A stretch of 64,000 bases of DNA from Camelus ferus (Eukaryota): the NCBI RefSeq assembly GCF_009834535.1, contig NC_045697.1, forward strand, positions 9,736,001 to 9,800,000. The letters run 5' to 3'. Every line of letters begins with the position of its first letter. Within the stretch, counting starts at the first letter, position 1. The position numbers and the translations under genes were made by a program. Below the pieces are notes generated by a model. The model did no database searches. It saw nothing but the letters and a program-made list of their open reading frames with translations, and was not told the DNA's origin. Of this stretch, positions 36,620-49,700 are shown piece by piece.

Positions 36620-39030
36620 AAATCAAATAAACTGGTTCATACTGAAAGATGGTAATCTCCTGAGCCACTCACCACCAAATTCTAAGTTCTGCTCCCTAAA
36701 GTCAACCTCTTTCAACTATTTTACCTATTTTTCTGGTAATTATCTCCCTATCTCTAAACAAGATGCTCAAACCACTATATCTTGCTTTAAAAATTTAAGA
36801 CCTTATATATTGACTTCCTGCTATATAAGTTAAGCACTGAGCTTTCTTACACCATCTTCAACTTCTTAATTATGTATCAAATACTGAGCTAACCAATAAT
36901 CAGTGTTTGCATCCTTATGACTTATATAAATGTTATTTATTACTAAACCAAGTAATATACTGGGATGCCAAATCCTTTCTTATAGAACTATTGCTTTTCC
37001 TAGAGATGTTAACTGATTTCTTTTTTATGTGTTCATTTTTAAATGTACTTACTGCTACTTTTTTCCCGACTACCCCAACAAGTCTTTCAAAATCTATCAT
37101 AATTTTCACAAACACTCAACCACAGTTTCAAACATTTATTTCTGCCTCCTTTTCTCCCCTCTGCCACCCACCTATTTGTATCCTTTTTCCCTTTGCCCTC
37201 AGTCCTCTGTTCCCATCTGGACCTATTGGTCTCCAGGCCTGTTACAAGGTTTTCATGCTGGGCATTTTTTTTCTCTACCATCTTGGACCCCAAGCATGAA
37301 ATGCCCTGGTTTCTTAAACCCACGTCTTCCTCTTTTTTGATTGACTCCTCATTTTATAAAGCACATCCTTTGGTAGCTTCCTAAGAATAGATGTGTAGTG
37401 GGTAAAATGCTTGAGACTTCATGACATAAAATGTTTACATAATATCTTATACCCTTAATGGGTAATTTGTCTGTGTCTGGAGTCTTAGGTTGACTATAAC
37501 TATCTCTTCAAATTTTAAAAATATTGCCCTCTGTTCTGTTATCCAGCGTTGCTATGGTTAAGTTTGAAGCCATTTTGAATTCTGATCTTGTCTCTGTCTT
37601 GATCTCTATCTCTGTCTCTTTCTCACTTGTCTTTATTCCAAGTGTACTAAAATTTCACAATAATGTGCCTTGGTGTAGGGTCTTCTTTCATGCAGTGTGT
37701 TGAGCCATCAGGAGCCTGTCAGTGTAGAAGTTCACAAACTTCAGTTAGGGGAGACATTGCTACATTAGCCCTTTGATAATTAATCCTTTCCATTTTTTCT
37801 AAGTTCTCTTTCTGAATCTCCTAATTTATAGATGTGGGAGTCCTTGGATTGACTTTTTAAGTTTCCTATTTTTTCTTCCTTCTTGCCCATCGTTTTTTCC
37901 CTTTTGCTGGACAACAAAGTTACTTTTCAACATTTTTATGAACTTTTTAGGCTCTTTTGTGGGGGGGAGTGAAATAGAAACATCATCTTCCCCCCACCCC
38001 GAGCTCTTTATTGTTCTGTTTCCTTTTCCCAAGTATCCTATTGATATTTTATTGGTGTAACAAATTTTCTTATCTTTATGAAGATAATAGTTACAGATTT
38101 TTTGAAGTTCTCCCCTGCTTCCAGAATTGTCTGTTTCACTGAGTTCCTTTTCATTGTCATTTTCTGTTGGTTTGTTTATTTCTTTGGTTGGTTTTTGGGG
38201 GGAGGGGTTTTGGCACATTTTCATCACTTTCATGTGGAAGGCCTTCCTCAAATACCTAGTTATCCTGGATTGCCCATTTGTCCTTTTTAAGAGTAAAGCA
38301 CCAAATGTGATCTAAAGCACTGTGAACATGGGCAGAGACTTAATTGCTGGGTTTTACTTTGGGTAATGAAAGGGCATGCCATCCTTGTGGATGGAAAGCT
38401 CCATTTGTTTGTCTCTGGAAAGCTTTTCTTTGGAGCTACTTCATTTCTCCACAAAATGATCCTCTAATCTGCTGCTGGAGAGCTTCAGGAAAGGAATACA
38501 TGCTTGGATGCTGGCCTTCGAAGGTAATAGGGGAAGATGCTCACGGTCTCACAGTGTGTTATACAGATCATTCTTAATCCTCTTTTAGTCCCATTTTGTA
38601 CCACCTTGCTCTCCCCAGATATGGGTGTCCCTGAAACAAGAGACCGTTGGTTTAATCTCCAAAGGCAAGGAAGAGACCACCTTCTGGCCAAGAAGGGTTA
38701 AGGGGGTGTCTGCCAGTCACCCCGTTTTAGCCTCTACCTCCCGAGCTACAACTGATCCTCATACTCGTCTTGCAGAGCCTCTCAGAGGCCCCTTGGGCAA
38801 GCCATCTGCCGGCACTTAAATGGGAACTTTCTCCACTCGGCTAGGTTGTTTGCCATGCCTGCATGTTTCCTATCTTCAGAAAAGTGGTTGAACCATTTCA
38901 TTCACTATTGTCTCTCCTTCTGTTCTCGTTGTCCTTGCAGACCAGTATATTTATGCTTTTGCCACTGTTTCAAGGATTTGGGGAGGGAAACAAGACAGGC
39001 CTGTGTGAACCACTGCTATGATTAAACTGA
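36620..39030 (-). mobile_element. Old L1 (L1ME/L1M-type) multi-fragment remnant
   Basis: T-rich antisense L1 ORF1-like text, e.g. 'aaatttcacaataatgtgccttggtgtagggtcttctttcat'. Confidence 0.6.
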
Positions 39031-40926
39031 AGCCTAATGTCAAATTCAGAGGAACAGTGGAGTTAGCCAAGTGGAGAGAATGGATGGGGCAGTCCAGACG
39101 GAGTTCTACATGACAGTCTTCTAGCAGACATATAAAGTAAACTAAAATGGATCAGATCTTCTGCCTGCTCCAGAAAAGACACTGAAGTAGCATAGTGCTC
39201 AATTCTCAAGCTCAAGGTCTGGAAGGATGCAGCAGCTTCCTTAGCAGCTGTGTCTCTATCAGGAAAATGTAACCTCTCTGGGCCAGCATTTCCTCATCTA
39301 TCAAATAGAGAGAAGAATTGGACCTACCTCCTACCTTTATAGAGCCAATTAGATGATGTGATGCTTTGTAAAGAGGTCAGCACCATATCTAGCAAAAGAA
39401 TAAGGACCAAATAAACATCATCATCGTCATCATCATCATCATCTAACTGCACAAATACATCTTAATAGGGAAAATCTGATTGAAGGGACTCGCAAAAATA
39501 ATGTAGACGAGCAGAAAAGAAAATTGTATGAAGAGTTAGTGATGGAGTTCTGAAAGCCTTCCCTGGATTTGGCTTCCTGACAGAAACCAGAGTTATTTGA
39601 AGGACTAAACTAAACATTAGTATTTGTATAAGGTGCTACTTAGGAGTTGTTCACACAAGTACTTATTAAGTGGTAGCTATTGTTATTATTATTAAATGCA
39701 ATATGAATGGGACAAAGAAAGCACCTTGAAAGTTCAGAAGTGGGAAGGAGATTAACTGTCAGGTTAAAACCTGGCCTAGGGGTACACTCTGAACCATCAG
39801 TCAATCCCTGGGAATAATGAGGTGCCCTGCTGTGTTCTACACTAGGGCCTTGCACTTCCCTTAATGTATCTCATTACCTGTTCATCTCTTTTCCCCCTAG
39901 AGACTATAACTGTGAGTGGGAAGGACCCAACAGGTCTAATTGTCCTCTAGATTCCCAGCACCCAGCACAGTAACCAACACACAGTATTTTTTATAGTAAC
40001 TGGAAACTGTTTAAATCCCCTACATAAATATTTTTAAGAGCAAGCATGAGGTGGTAGGATGGACAGAAAATGGCTGGTTTGGCACACCTTTCATTTCATG
40101 CTCATGGTATGACAAGCCCCAAAATATTTCATATCTAGCCTTTCTATTTTTAAGTTTCTTGTGCATAAACTAGGCACATTGAGTAGCACCAAAATAAACA
40201 ACCCAATATGGCTCAAACTCTTTTTGCAAATCTCCGAGGCTGGCAAATCCCACACGAGCCCACCTGGCAGCTCTGCTCTCCCACTTTACAAAAGGGTTGA
40301 GAGCAAAGCGTTTCGGGAAAATTCTACAGTGCTGACTGCATTTCTTTTTACCTCATGCATTTCCATGCTTTTCTTGTTAGTTAGACATTTTGTCACAGAT
40401 TATTAAAATGAAGCAATGCTTGTTAAAAACAAATAGGAGAAAGATGCTTTCTGTAATGTCTTGAATTTTACTCTTTGTAGACTTGCCAAATTACAGGATT
40501 CTACAATGTTTCCTGTTACCAAAGGGAATGAGTGACTTTTTCTGCATAATACCCAGGGTTGAGAAGCATCTTATGATGAAATCTCATATTTTGAAGGTAC
40601 ATTTATAGTTCTCAAAGTACTTTCATGAGTTTATATCATTTAGTTCTGGCGAATGGATCCAGTGAGAATAGTTCCATTCTTACAATGGAAAAACAAGGGT
40701 TCGGCGAGGTTTAGGTGACTCAAGTCAACGTCACACAAGGGGCTGAGAGCACACAGAATGGCAGAAAAGTAGCGGGATGAGCAGCAGTCAGGGAAGGAGA
40801 CCTGGGTTCCCTTCCTGGCCCTGAGCCTAATAAGCTATGCAACCTTGGGCAAGACATCTCATTCTTCTGGGTCTCAGGTTCCTTATTTGAAAAGTGAGAA
40901 GGTTAAATAAAGAATGCTCCCAATTC

Positions 40927-41630
40927 AATGTAATTTGGTGCAGCCATAATGGAAGACAGTAGGAAGATTCCTTAAAAAACTAAAAATAGAGTTACCATAT
41001 GATCCATCAATCCTGCTCCTGGGCATATATCTGAAGAAAACTCTAACTCAAAAACATACATGCACCCCAATGTCCATAGCAGCATTATTTACAATAGCCA
41101 AGACATGATGGAAGCAACCCAAATGCCCATAGACAGATGACTGGATAAAGAAGATGTGGTAAAAATATCCACAATAGAGTATTGCTCAGCCATGAAAAAG
41201 AATGAAATAATGTCATTTGCAGCAACACAGATGGATCTACAGATTGTTGTACTAAGTGAAGTAAGTCAGAGAAAGGCAAATATCATATGATATCACTTAC
41301 ATGTGGAATTTAAAAAATGATACAAATGAACTTATTTACAAAATAGAAACAGACTCAGACATAGAAAACAAACTTATAGTTACCAAAGGGGAAAGGTAGG
41401 GGGAGGGATAAATTAGGAGTTTGTGATTAGCAGATACAAACTACTATATACAAAACAGATAAACAACAAGGTCCTTCTGTATAGCAGAGAGAACTATATC
41501 CAATATCTTGTTATAGCCTATTATAAAAAAGAATATATGTGTATGACTGAATCATTATGCTGTATACCAGAAACTAACACAATATTGTAAGTCAACAATA
41601 TTTCAATAAAAATTTTAAATAAAATTTTTA
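40927..41630 (+). mobile_element. 5'-truncated cetartiodactyl-type L1 (ORF2 C-terminus + 3' UTR) with TSD
   Basis: 'ttccttaaaaaactaaaaatagagttaccatatgatcca...aaatgaacttatttacaaaatagaaacagactc...gctgtataccagaaactaacaca'; TSD aatgct(cc/gt)caattc at 40913-40926 and 41631-41644. Confidence 0.92.
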
Positions 41631-42344
41631 AATGCTGTCAATTCTAATACTCTGAGTTATATAATCCAAACTGGATTTTCTAAGCTCTTCCCATACTATG
41701 GCACAAAACAGATTATTCTCTGGGATTAAACCTCTTCTGTTACTGATGAACCCAATGAATCTCTGTTTCTCACTTTCCAGTTGCTTACTTTGAAACACAA
41801 CAAACTATATACAAATGGATGGAGTACCTGATATTTGTCAGACACTATGCCAGGCAGTAATGATGCCAAGGGGCCTGGTGCCTGCCCTCAAGGAATTTAC
41901 TGCCTAGAGGAGGCACATGAGCAGCTATGAAGCTATGTCATGGCTGTAGTAATGGAGAGATGATGGACAAGGTGCCAAGGAAGCATTTAAAAAAAAAGGC
42001 AAACTCTAATCTGTTTTCCTTAAGAAGTGCCATTTGGGTTGATTCTTATTAATTGATGGAAACAAGACATTGTGGTGATAGCAGCAGGTGCACAGTCAAG
42101 AAGGCATGAAGCATCCAGAGAACAGTCAGTCCTTCTGGAGTGGGGACAGGACTGGGAGACGGAGATGCACACAGAACAAGAGATAAGGTCGGAGAAGTGG
42201 ACCAAGATCCAATCACGAATGACTCCTGTCGTTGACCTGGGCCTCACTATTAAGTCTTGTTTTGTTTATTTATGTTCTGCCTTGCTCCCAAAAGGATTTG
42301 AGGTGGTTTACATGACAACAAAAACAACAACAACAACAACAAAA

Positions 42345-42850
42345 CAACAGTTCTGACAGGCTTAAATAATAAGGGACCGTATTTGGTTCAGGTGAGGTCA
42401 GTTAGACTTCAGGATTTATTCACCCAGAGACTCTAGCTCAGCTCCTCTACAGTTTTGTGACCATCCCTTCTTTGGTATATTTACTTCCTTCCAACATCCA
42501 GTGGTTTCCTATTTTTAGACCGGAAATATCTGACTCAGAGCCCCAAGAAATTCCCCCTCTTGTCTCTCTGGCCTAAGCTGGGTCACATGCCCATTTATGA
42601 ATCAGCCCTTGAGTACGGGGACCTGCCAGGTGCTGACTGCCTTAGGCCTGGATTCCTGAACCACTGTGCCTGCTCTGGGGGGATTATCCCCAGGCTGCTC
42701 ACATCCACCTCCTGAGCTGAGAGTGAAGCCAGCCTCCTTGAAACCATGGGCTGTGATGGTAAGAGGTGGCATCAGTGAATGAACACTGGTTTAGATTACA
42801 AAGGGTGAAGAAAATGGATATGGGACATTTAAACAGAAATGTTCACTGAA
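42345..42850 (-). mobile_element. Old MaLR LTR (MLT1J/K-like)
   Basis: 'ggcttaaataataaggg...ctctctggcctaagctgggtcacatgcccatttatgaatcag'. Confidence 0.6.
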
Positions 42851-43948
42851 CTTGGAATGCATTTAAGAATCGTATGGACAATATGATGCAATACAATAGT
42901 ATTATATTATTTTATAATATATGCAATCATATATAACAATATATAATGCTATTATAAGATCATAAGTTTAAAAATAAAGGTGAAGAGATAATAAAGACAA
43001 AATGGGAAATTTACTAAATACACTTCTATAGTAAATCCCCAGATATTAAAGATGAAATGCTAATTTAGTTTTGAGTTTCCCAGCAGCCAAAGCAAAGAAG
43101 GAAGAATGATCATTTGAAAGAGTCACAGTATATTTTGGAAGAGCAAATTATTTCTGGCCCAGAGTCTTCGAAAAAATATTTTCCTCATTGGCCTTCATAA
43201 AAGGATGACTAAATGATGTTATGAAACTATCACTAGCATCCCTATAGTATACATTAGTCTTTTAAAACATCTATCAACAGCAATAGAAACTTAATTTAGG
43301 CTACTCAGAGATATTTAGTCCAAATCAAGGCAACTCTATAAATGCCTTGGATTAATCCAAGGATAAAATCTAGACTGATCAAAGCTATGGTTCTCAAACT
43401 GGGGTAAAATGAGTAACCCAGGGGGCACAACAGGAGGTAAAATGGTCCATCTCCCTAGAGATAGGTGGAAAACATTCTGGCCTTGCCTTTATCTAGGTAG
43501 TAAAGGTTTTAGGGCATTAATCACACATTTAAACCAACATGAATAGATACAGAATAGAATATAAAATGCATATATGCTTTGAAAGAGAGAGCATGAAACC
43601 TCAATGAAAGGAATGTCCCACTTGTGTGAACAGCTTTCGGTTTATGTCCAAACCCCCAGAAGGGCAACATCATACTTTTCTACCGTTAGGGTTTATTCAG
43701 GGGAAAGGTTTGAAAACACTTGCCCCTGCATTTCCTCCTCTGGCCAACTCCAAGTTACCTCTTCCAGCTCTTTGTAGTTCTCCAGTCACATAATTTTTCA
43801 CATTTTATTCCAGTTACTGGTTTATTACCTGTCTTCTCTGATAGAGAGTAAGGAACTGGCTGCCTTGATGCTTCAATTCCTGCCACGGTGTCTGATCTTT
43901 TGTAAGGGGCCAATGAATTAATAAGCTAATGAGCTAAAGATGTCTGAT

Positions 43949-44356
43949 TTTTAGAGGTTGAATTGTGCCTGCCCCTCCCATTTCACATGTTGAAGTCCAA
44001 ACCCCCAGGACCTCAGAATATACCTCAGAATGTGACCATACTTGAAGATAGTGTTTACAGAGTTAATCAAACTAAAATTAGGTCATCAGGGTAGACCCTA
44101 ATCCAATATGCTTGGTGTCCTTATGAAAAGGCTAATTTGAACACAAAGACAAGTATAGAGGGAAGATGATACCAAGATAGAGCCAAAGAGAAAGGTCTGT
44201 AAGACAAGAGTCCCTCACAGCCCCTAGAAGGAACCAACCCTGCTGACATCTCGATTTCAGACTCCTGGTCTCCAGAACTGAGAGACAATTAATTTCTGTT
44301 GTTTAAGCCACTCCATTTACTGTACTTTGTCACCAGAGCTCTAGTCAAGTAATATA
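43949..44356 (+). mobile_element. MaLR solo LTR (MLT1A/B-like)
   Basis: 'ggttgaattgtg...acctcagaatgtgacc...ccctaatccaatatgcttggtgtccttat...ctccagaactgagagacaattaatttctgttgtttaagccac'; flanks ctgat/gtgat fit a 5-bp TSD with one mismatch. Confidence 0.9.
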
Positions 44357-45849
44357 GTGATCTTCAGGTCCTTCAGATAGCTGCCCCCCCTCCATGAATA
44401 TGTTCCTTCCAAGAGGCATTTGATAAAATCAAGTCTTTCGTCCTTTGCGAGGACAGCAAGGGTAGTGTTGCCATTGTTGTGGTGACAGAGGCCAGTCCTG
44501 TGCTGGGAGAGTGAAGTGTGTTCCAGGACCCAGGAACCAGGACTCTTCCTGGCGCTCCGGGCCTTGTGTCTGACAAACCCACACAGACCACCTTGTTTAT
44601 AGATCACCTCCGATGTTAACTAGCTGTGTGATTTGGGGATAGTTGATTAACGTCTCTCTGTTCCTTCACCTGAAGGAAGAAATGTCATGACATGTTTAAG
44701 TAAAAAGATGACAAGTGCATTTTATTTTGGAAAGAATAATTATTGTGAACTAAACACAAAAATTAGGGTCTTAGAGTTTTCCATTAAAAAATAATCTCAG
44801 TCCATTTAGTTTACTTATAAACTTTGGCTAAGGCTTATACTTAGAACAAATATTTTTAATTTCATTATTCTACCAAGTCAACCAAATCAGTGTGTGTGTA
44901 AACTCAATCTCCATACCTTGCAAATGTGTTTTTTTCTAGTTCCTTGCTCTATGTGATTTTCATTGTTTAACTTTTTTTTTTCCCTTATTGCTTCTCAGTA
45001 GCTGAGTGCCTCTTAAATCAAGCAGAGAAGATTGAAAAAAAAGAACATTCTCAAGCATGGGTTTGAGGTCATTTGAGTCTAGTGATCTTTGGCTTTCCAG
45101 AGATTAAAGCCAAACTTAAACCAGAGCACTTTCCCAGAACTAGCAATGGAGAGATGGTTTTGGTTTAAGTTCATCTGTTATGAAAGAATAGAGAAAATAC
45201 AGCACTATTATTTACTCTGAGCCCTAAACACTTTTACGAGCGTATCAAAACTCCAGGTTAATAATTCTTTTTTACTTATTGACCCAGTGTTAACAATTAT
45301 TAAATATGGGCAAACATGATGTAAAAATTAAAGAACTCTATTCCTAGCATCATCTGTGGAGAATTCAGGTAACTGCCATACATTTGGAATTCAGGTATAA
45401 ATCATGAATTGTACAACAAATTTAAAATAAGAGAAGGCAAGCCAGGGTCACTATAGATAGGGACATCTAGGGAAGGGAAGAGTGCTAGCTGACATCCTTA
45501 CAACAAACGAGGAAGCAGAAAAACCATAAAACTAATCACGAATTTATAAAACCCCAGCATTCATGTTTTGTAGAGGCACAGAATGTTAACTGTACCATGG
45601 GCCCCAGGACATCATTCTAATACAATCCAACAAAAAAGATATGGCAGCTGCAGGGTTTCCTTGAATGGCAGGGGCTCAGGAACTACACACTCTGAAGGGC
45701 CTCTGATTAGCCAGGTCATTTGGGAATGGTCATTTAACCTCTCAAAGCCATTCTTCATCTCCAGAATGAAAATAATGACTCTGTCGTTGCCTATTGCACA
45801 AGGTCGTGGTGGAAATCAAAAGGAAAAGAGCTGCATAGAGTCCCTGACT

Positions 45850-47621
45850 TAATTTCACAACTGGACCCTTTCTTCTTCTCTTGGTTTCCAGTACTCCACA
45901 CCGTCCTATTTCCTCCTAATATATTGGCTTTTCCTGCTCAGCCTCCTGTGCTGGTTCTGCCCTTTGATCTCTAGATTTTGGAGCACACCAGAGTTCAGTC
46001 CTCATTCTTTTTTCTCTTCCCCGTCTACAGGCTCTCTGTAGGTAATTTCAAAGTGTTAAGTATGATTCATTTTGCTGATCATTCCCACATTTATGTCTCC
46101 AGTCCTAACCTCCTTTCTGATCTCCAGACTTAGAAACTCAACTGCAAACTTGGCATCTCCACTTAATGTCTAACAAGCATCTCAAATTTCATATGGCTGA
46201 AATTGACCTGTTGATTTTCCATCATTCAACTCTAGTCTCCCCTATTTTAGTCAATGTCATCCACTCAATTGTTCAAGTCAAAAAAAAATTCTAGGAATTA
46301 TCTTCAATCTTCTCTTTCTGTCTTCTCTTACATCTAATCCATCAGCAAGACTCATCAACACTACCTCTGAAACAGACCTCAGATCTGTCCACTTATATCT
46401 GTATCTCAACCACCACTGCCTTTGTCCAAGCCACCATCTTTGCTTATCTGAATGTCCACAATCAACTCCCAACTGGTTGTTCTCTTTACCTATTGGCCTA
46501 TGCAAGCTTGTTTTTTTTTTTAATTTATATAAATTTAATGACATATAAACAATGCATACATAAAAGATAGTGTTTTTAATTTAAAAATCCACCAAAAAAT
46601 AAAAATATACATGTGTACTTAAAAAAATCAAAATTCAACAAATGCCTAGAAGAAGATACACAAAATCTATGATACACTTAAATTCTTGGAAAGAAAATAA
46701 GATAGAAAAAAAGGACAAAGTAGACTTCACTTCCTTTTTTACTAAAAAATATAAGAACTTGAAGTGAACATGTAAGTATGTTAAAATGTAAATTCTCAAT
46801 TGGATATTTGGATATTGTTTTCTGTAAATTCTTTTCTCTAATTTTCTCAAAATAAAAAGAAAATAAACACAGAGAAGGGCAGATAAAGAGAAATAAAATA
46901 AAAGGGAAAGTACCCCTGAGCCAAAGATTGCTTAAAAATTTTAAATATATTCCCTGCATAAATAGCTGGTAAAATATTTTAATTTCATGAAAAAAGTCTT
47001 GCTCTATTTCTGATTTTAATTAGAACATTTCTATGTGCCCCCACACTGTACAAAATCTTGAAAATGTAAATCATATCATGGCAACCTGTTTAAATTCCAC
47101 CAGTGGCTTCCCAACACATTTAGAGTCAAATTCAAATTTGTTTACCATGACACACAAAGCCCTACCGGACCTGGCCTCTAACCACCTCTCCAACCTCCTA
47201 TGCTGGCACCCTAATCATCTAGGCCAAGCTATGCGGCGCTTCAATCTGTCTGTCAATCACAGGTTCTTTCTCATAGGAAGCCCTTTGCCTTAGTCCCTCC
47301 TCCGCCTGGACAGCTTTTTCCCCAGAAGTGAACTTGGCTGGAACCATCTTGTCATGCAAGCCTTTCCAAATACAGCTACCTCAAAGAGATTTTCCTTGAC
47401 CAACTGATCTGAAGGGACCCCCGCAGACACTCTCCATATCACCCCACTGTAATTCTCTCCACAGCACTGAACACAATCTTATCTTTACTGTGTGTTTCTG
47501 TATTGGTTTTCCTTCATTGCGTCTCCTTTATCCCCTATCCTCCTCCCAGAATATAAACTCTACAAGTGAAGAAGCCATGTTACATCCCCAACTCCAAGCA
47601 CTGTGTCTGGCACAAAGAGGG
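45850..47621 (+). mobile_element. L2 (two blocks, about 45850-46500 and 47045-47621) separated by AT-rich L1-like sequence
   Basis: 'cccacatttatgtctccagtcctaacctc...tgtctaacaagcatctcaaattt...gtccaagccaccatc'; resumes 'aaatcatatcatggcaacctgtttaaattccaccagtggcttccc'. Confidence 0.75.
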
Positions 47622-48234
47622 TGTATTAGCTTTTTATTGTTAGGTAACAATTGTCATCATTCTAGCAGCTTAAACCAACACCTATTTATTAGCTCACAGC
47701 CCTGCAGGTCAGGCGTCCAGGCTCAGGGGGGATTGATTCTGCAACCTAGTCAGGGCATTAGAAGCCGAAATCAAGGTGTCAGCCAGGCTGAGTTCTTAAA
47801 CGGAGGCACTGGTGAACAATCTGCTTCCAAGCTCGTCCAGATCGTTGGCAAACTCCAGCTCCATGAGATTATAAGATTGAGGCCTTCATTTCCCTGTCAG
47901 CCAGCGGCTGTTCTTAGCAACTAGAGGCCACCCGCATTTCTTCCCATGTGTCCCCCTCCATCTTTCAAGCCAGCAAGAGCATGTCAAGTCCTTCTTGTAC
48001 TTTGAATATCTGACTTCCTCTTCTATAACCAGTTGGAAAACTGTTTTCAAAGGAGTCATGTGATTCAATCAGGCCCACCTGGATAATCTCCTCATCTCAA
48101 GGTCAATCTGACAAGTAATATCACCTACTCACAGGAAAAAAATCTATCATATTTACAGTCCTAGGGACTATATAAAACATGTATACCAGAGGGTAGGGAA
48201 TCTCGGGGCCCATTTTAGAAATCTGCCTACCACA
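47622..48234 (-). mobile_element. MaLR solo LTR (MLT1E-like) inserted in an L2 3' end
   Basis: TG...CA termini ('tgtattagc'...'gcccattttagaaatctgcctaccaca'); flanks gaggg/aaggg fit a 5-bp TSD with one mismatch. Confidence 0.88.
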
Positions 48235-48798
48235 AAGGGCATCCTACAAACGTGTGGAATGAAAACAAAAATGATTATCAAATGTGCTCATCTAAAAATC
48301 ATAAATGTCAGCATTAAAATTATTATGATTCATAAAGATGTCCCTGTGACATCATGATAAAATTGAAGTGGTATGATTTGCCATGGTTAAGACAGACCAT
48401 CAAATCAAGGCTATTTTTTTCTTTAAGTTTTGGGGCTCAGAAAGATAAACTCTAGTTAGCTGACAAAGGGAGCTTTAAAAAGACAAAAACAAAAACCATA
48501 AGGCTAACTGGTAAGACTTGGTTTTCATTTGACTCAGCAGCTTACTACCTCTTGACTTTGGGCCATTTATGTTAACATGCCCAGTTCAGGTTTCTTCTTG
48601 CTAAAATGAGCAGTGATTTCACAGGTGGTTGTTAGGTTTAAACTATCAGGTACATGTACATTAACTGTTTAGAATGACAATTGACAGATCTGTTTCATGC
48701 AGGTAAGGTTTTTCAGTGGTGTTGCAGGGTAACAGAGGAAGGTAGAGGGATGTTCTAATGTCAGAGAATTAGTCTGTCTGTCTGTCTATCTATATTTG

Positions 48799-48876
48799 CA
48801 TCACTTTGCTGTACACGTGAAACTAACACAACACAATATTATAAATATTGTAAATCAACTATACTTCAATTAAAAA
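48799..48876 (+). mobile_element. Very short L1 3'-terminal fragment
   Basis: 'atcactttgctgtacacgtgaaactaacaca...ttgtaaatcaactatacttcaat' has the same tail type as the L1 at 41540-41610. Confidence 0.75.
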
Positions 48877-49268
48877 TACTTTTATTTAGATATTACCATC
48901 TCAGTACAGCAAAGGACCCCTATCATGAGGGACAACATCGTGCAGTGGAAGTAAATTCCAGCCCTGACACTTAATAGCTCTGTGACGCTGGACAAGTTTA
49001 CATAATCTCTCTGTGCCTCAGTGTTCTCATATGCAGAATGGAAATAATAATTCACCAGAGGGCTGACACAAGGACTAAATGGGATTCAGTATATGTAAAA
49101 TGCTTAGAACTATGCCAGGCATGGAATAAATGCTACAAAATATTTACTGAAAAAAGGACTTCGAGAAATCTCCCATTTACTCAGGGCACGTTCCCACTTA
49201 ATAGGCAACAGGCAAACATGCTCACTCTATTCAAGTCACTCTTCATCCTCTCTTTTTTAATGAGCTGC

Positions 49269-49700
49269 TGTATCAACTCAGGCTCTCTGCGAGACAGGCA
49301 CCAAGGATGGGTTAGACAGATATACAAGGGATTTACTGGGGAAACAGAAGAGAACAGGAGTGGGCAGAGATGCAGATTGGACACCTGTGAAGGGAGAGAG
49401 CAAAGGAAGAAGGCTGGGCTGAGAAAAGCCTCAGACCACAGTGCAGTTCTCAGAAAGTCTCAGCCAGGACAGTGGGGAGTCACGACCAAGCACTGCTATG
49501 GAAGGAATCCCATGTCAGGCGGAAAAGGCCTGGCTTTATGGCCCAGCCTTGCTCAGGGAGGGTTGCCTAGGAGGAGCCCAGGGGAAACACAAGTTTGGCA
49601 CTTTCAGATATGAAGCATCCAACAGCTGCCATCAGCTGAGATCCCTAAAGCAGATTCTTTTGAGAGAAGTTCTAGGTGGCACACCCCGGTGGCTGCCACA
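49269..49700 (-). mobile_element. ERVL solo LTR (LTR40-like)
   Basis: TG...CA termini; 'gaaaagcctcagaccacagtgcagttctcagaaagtctcagccagg' and end 'gcagattcttttgagagaag...ggtggctgccaca'. Confidence 0.7.

Noticed and set aside
36907..38315. Cluster of 60-141-aa ORFs, some hydrophobic
   Set aside because: T-rich antisense L1 remnants give F/L-rich or K-rich chance ORFs
49038..49613. Longest ORF in the window (191 aa)
   Set aside because: Crosses a MIR, a short spacer and an antisense LTR40-like element; no recognisable domain
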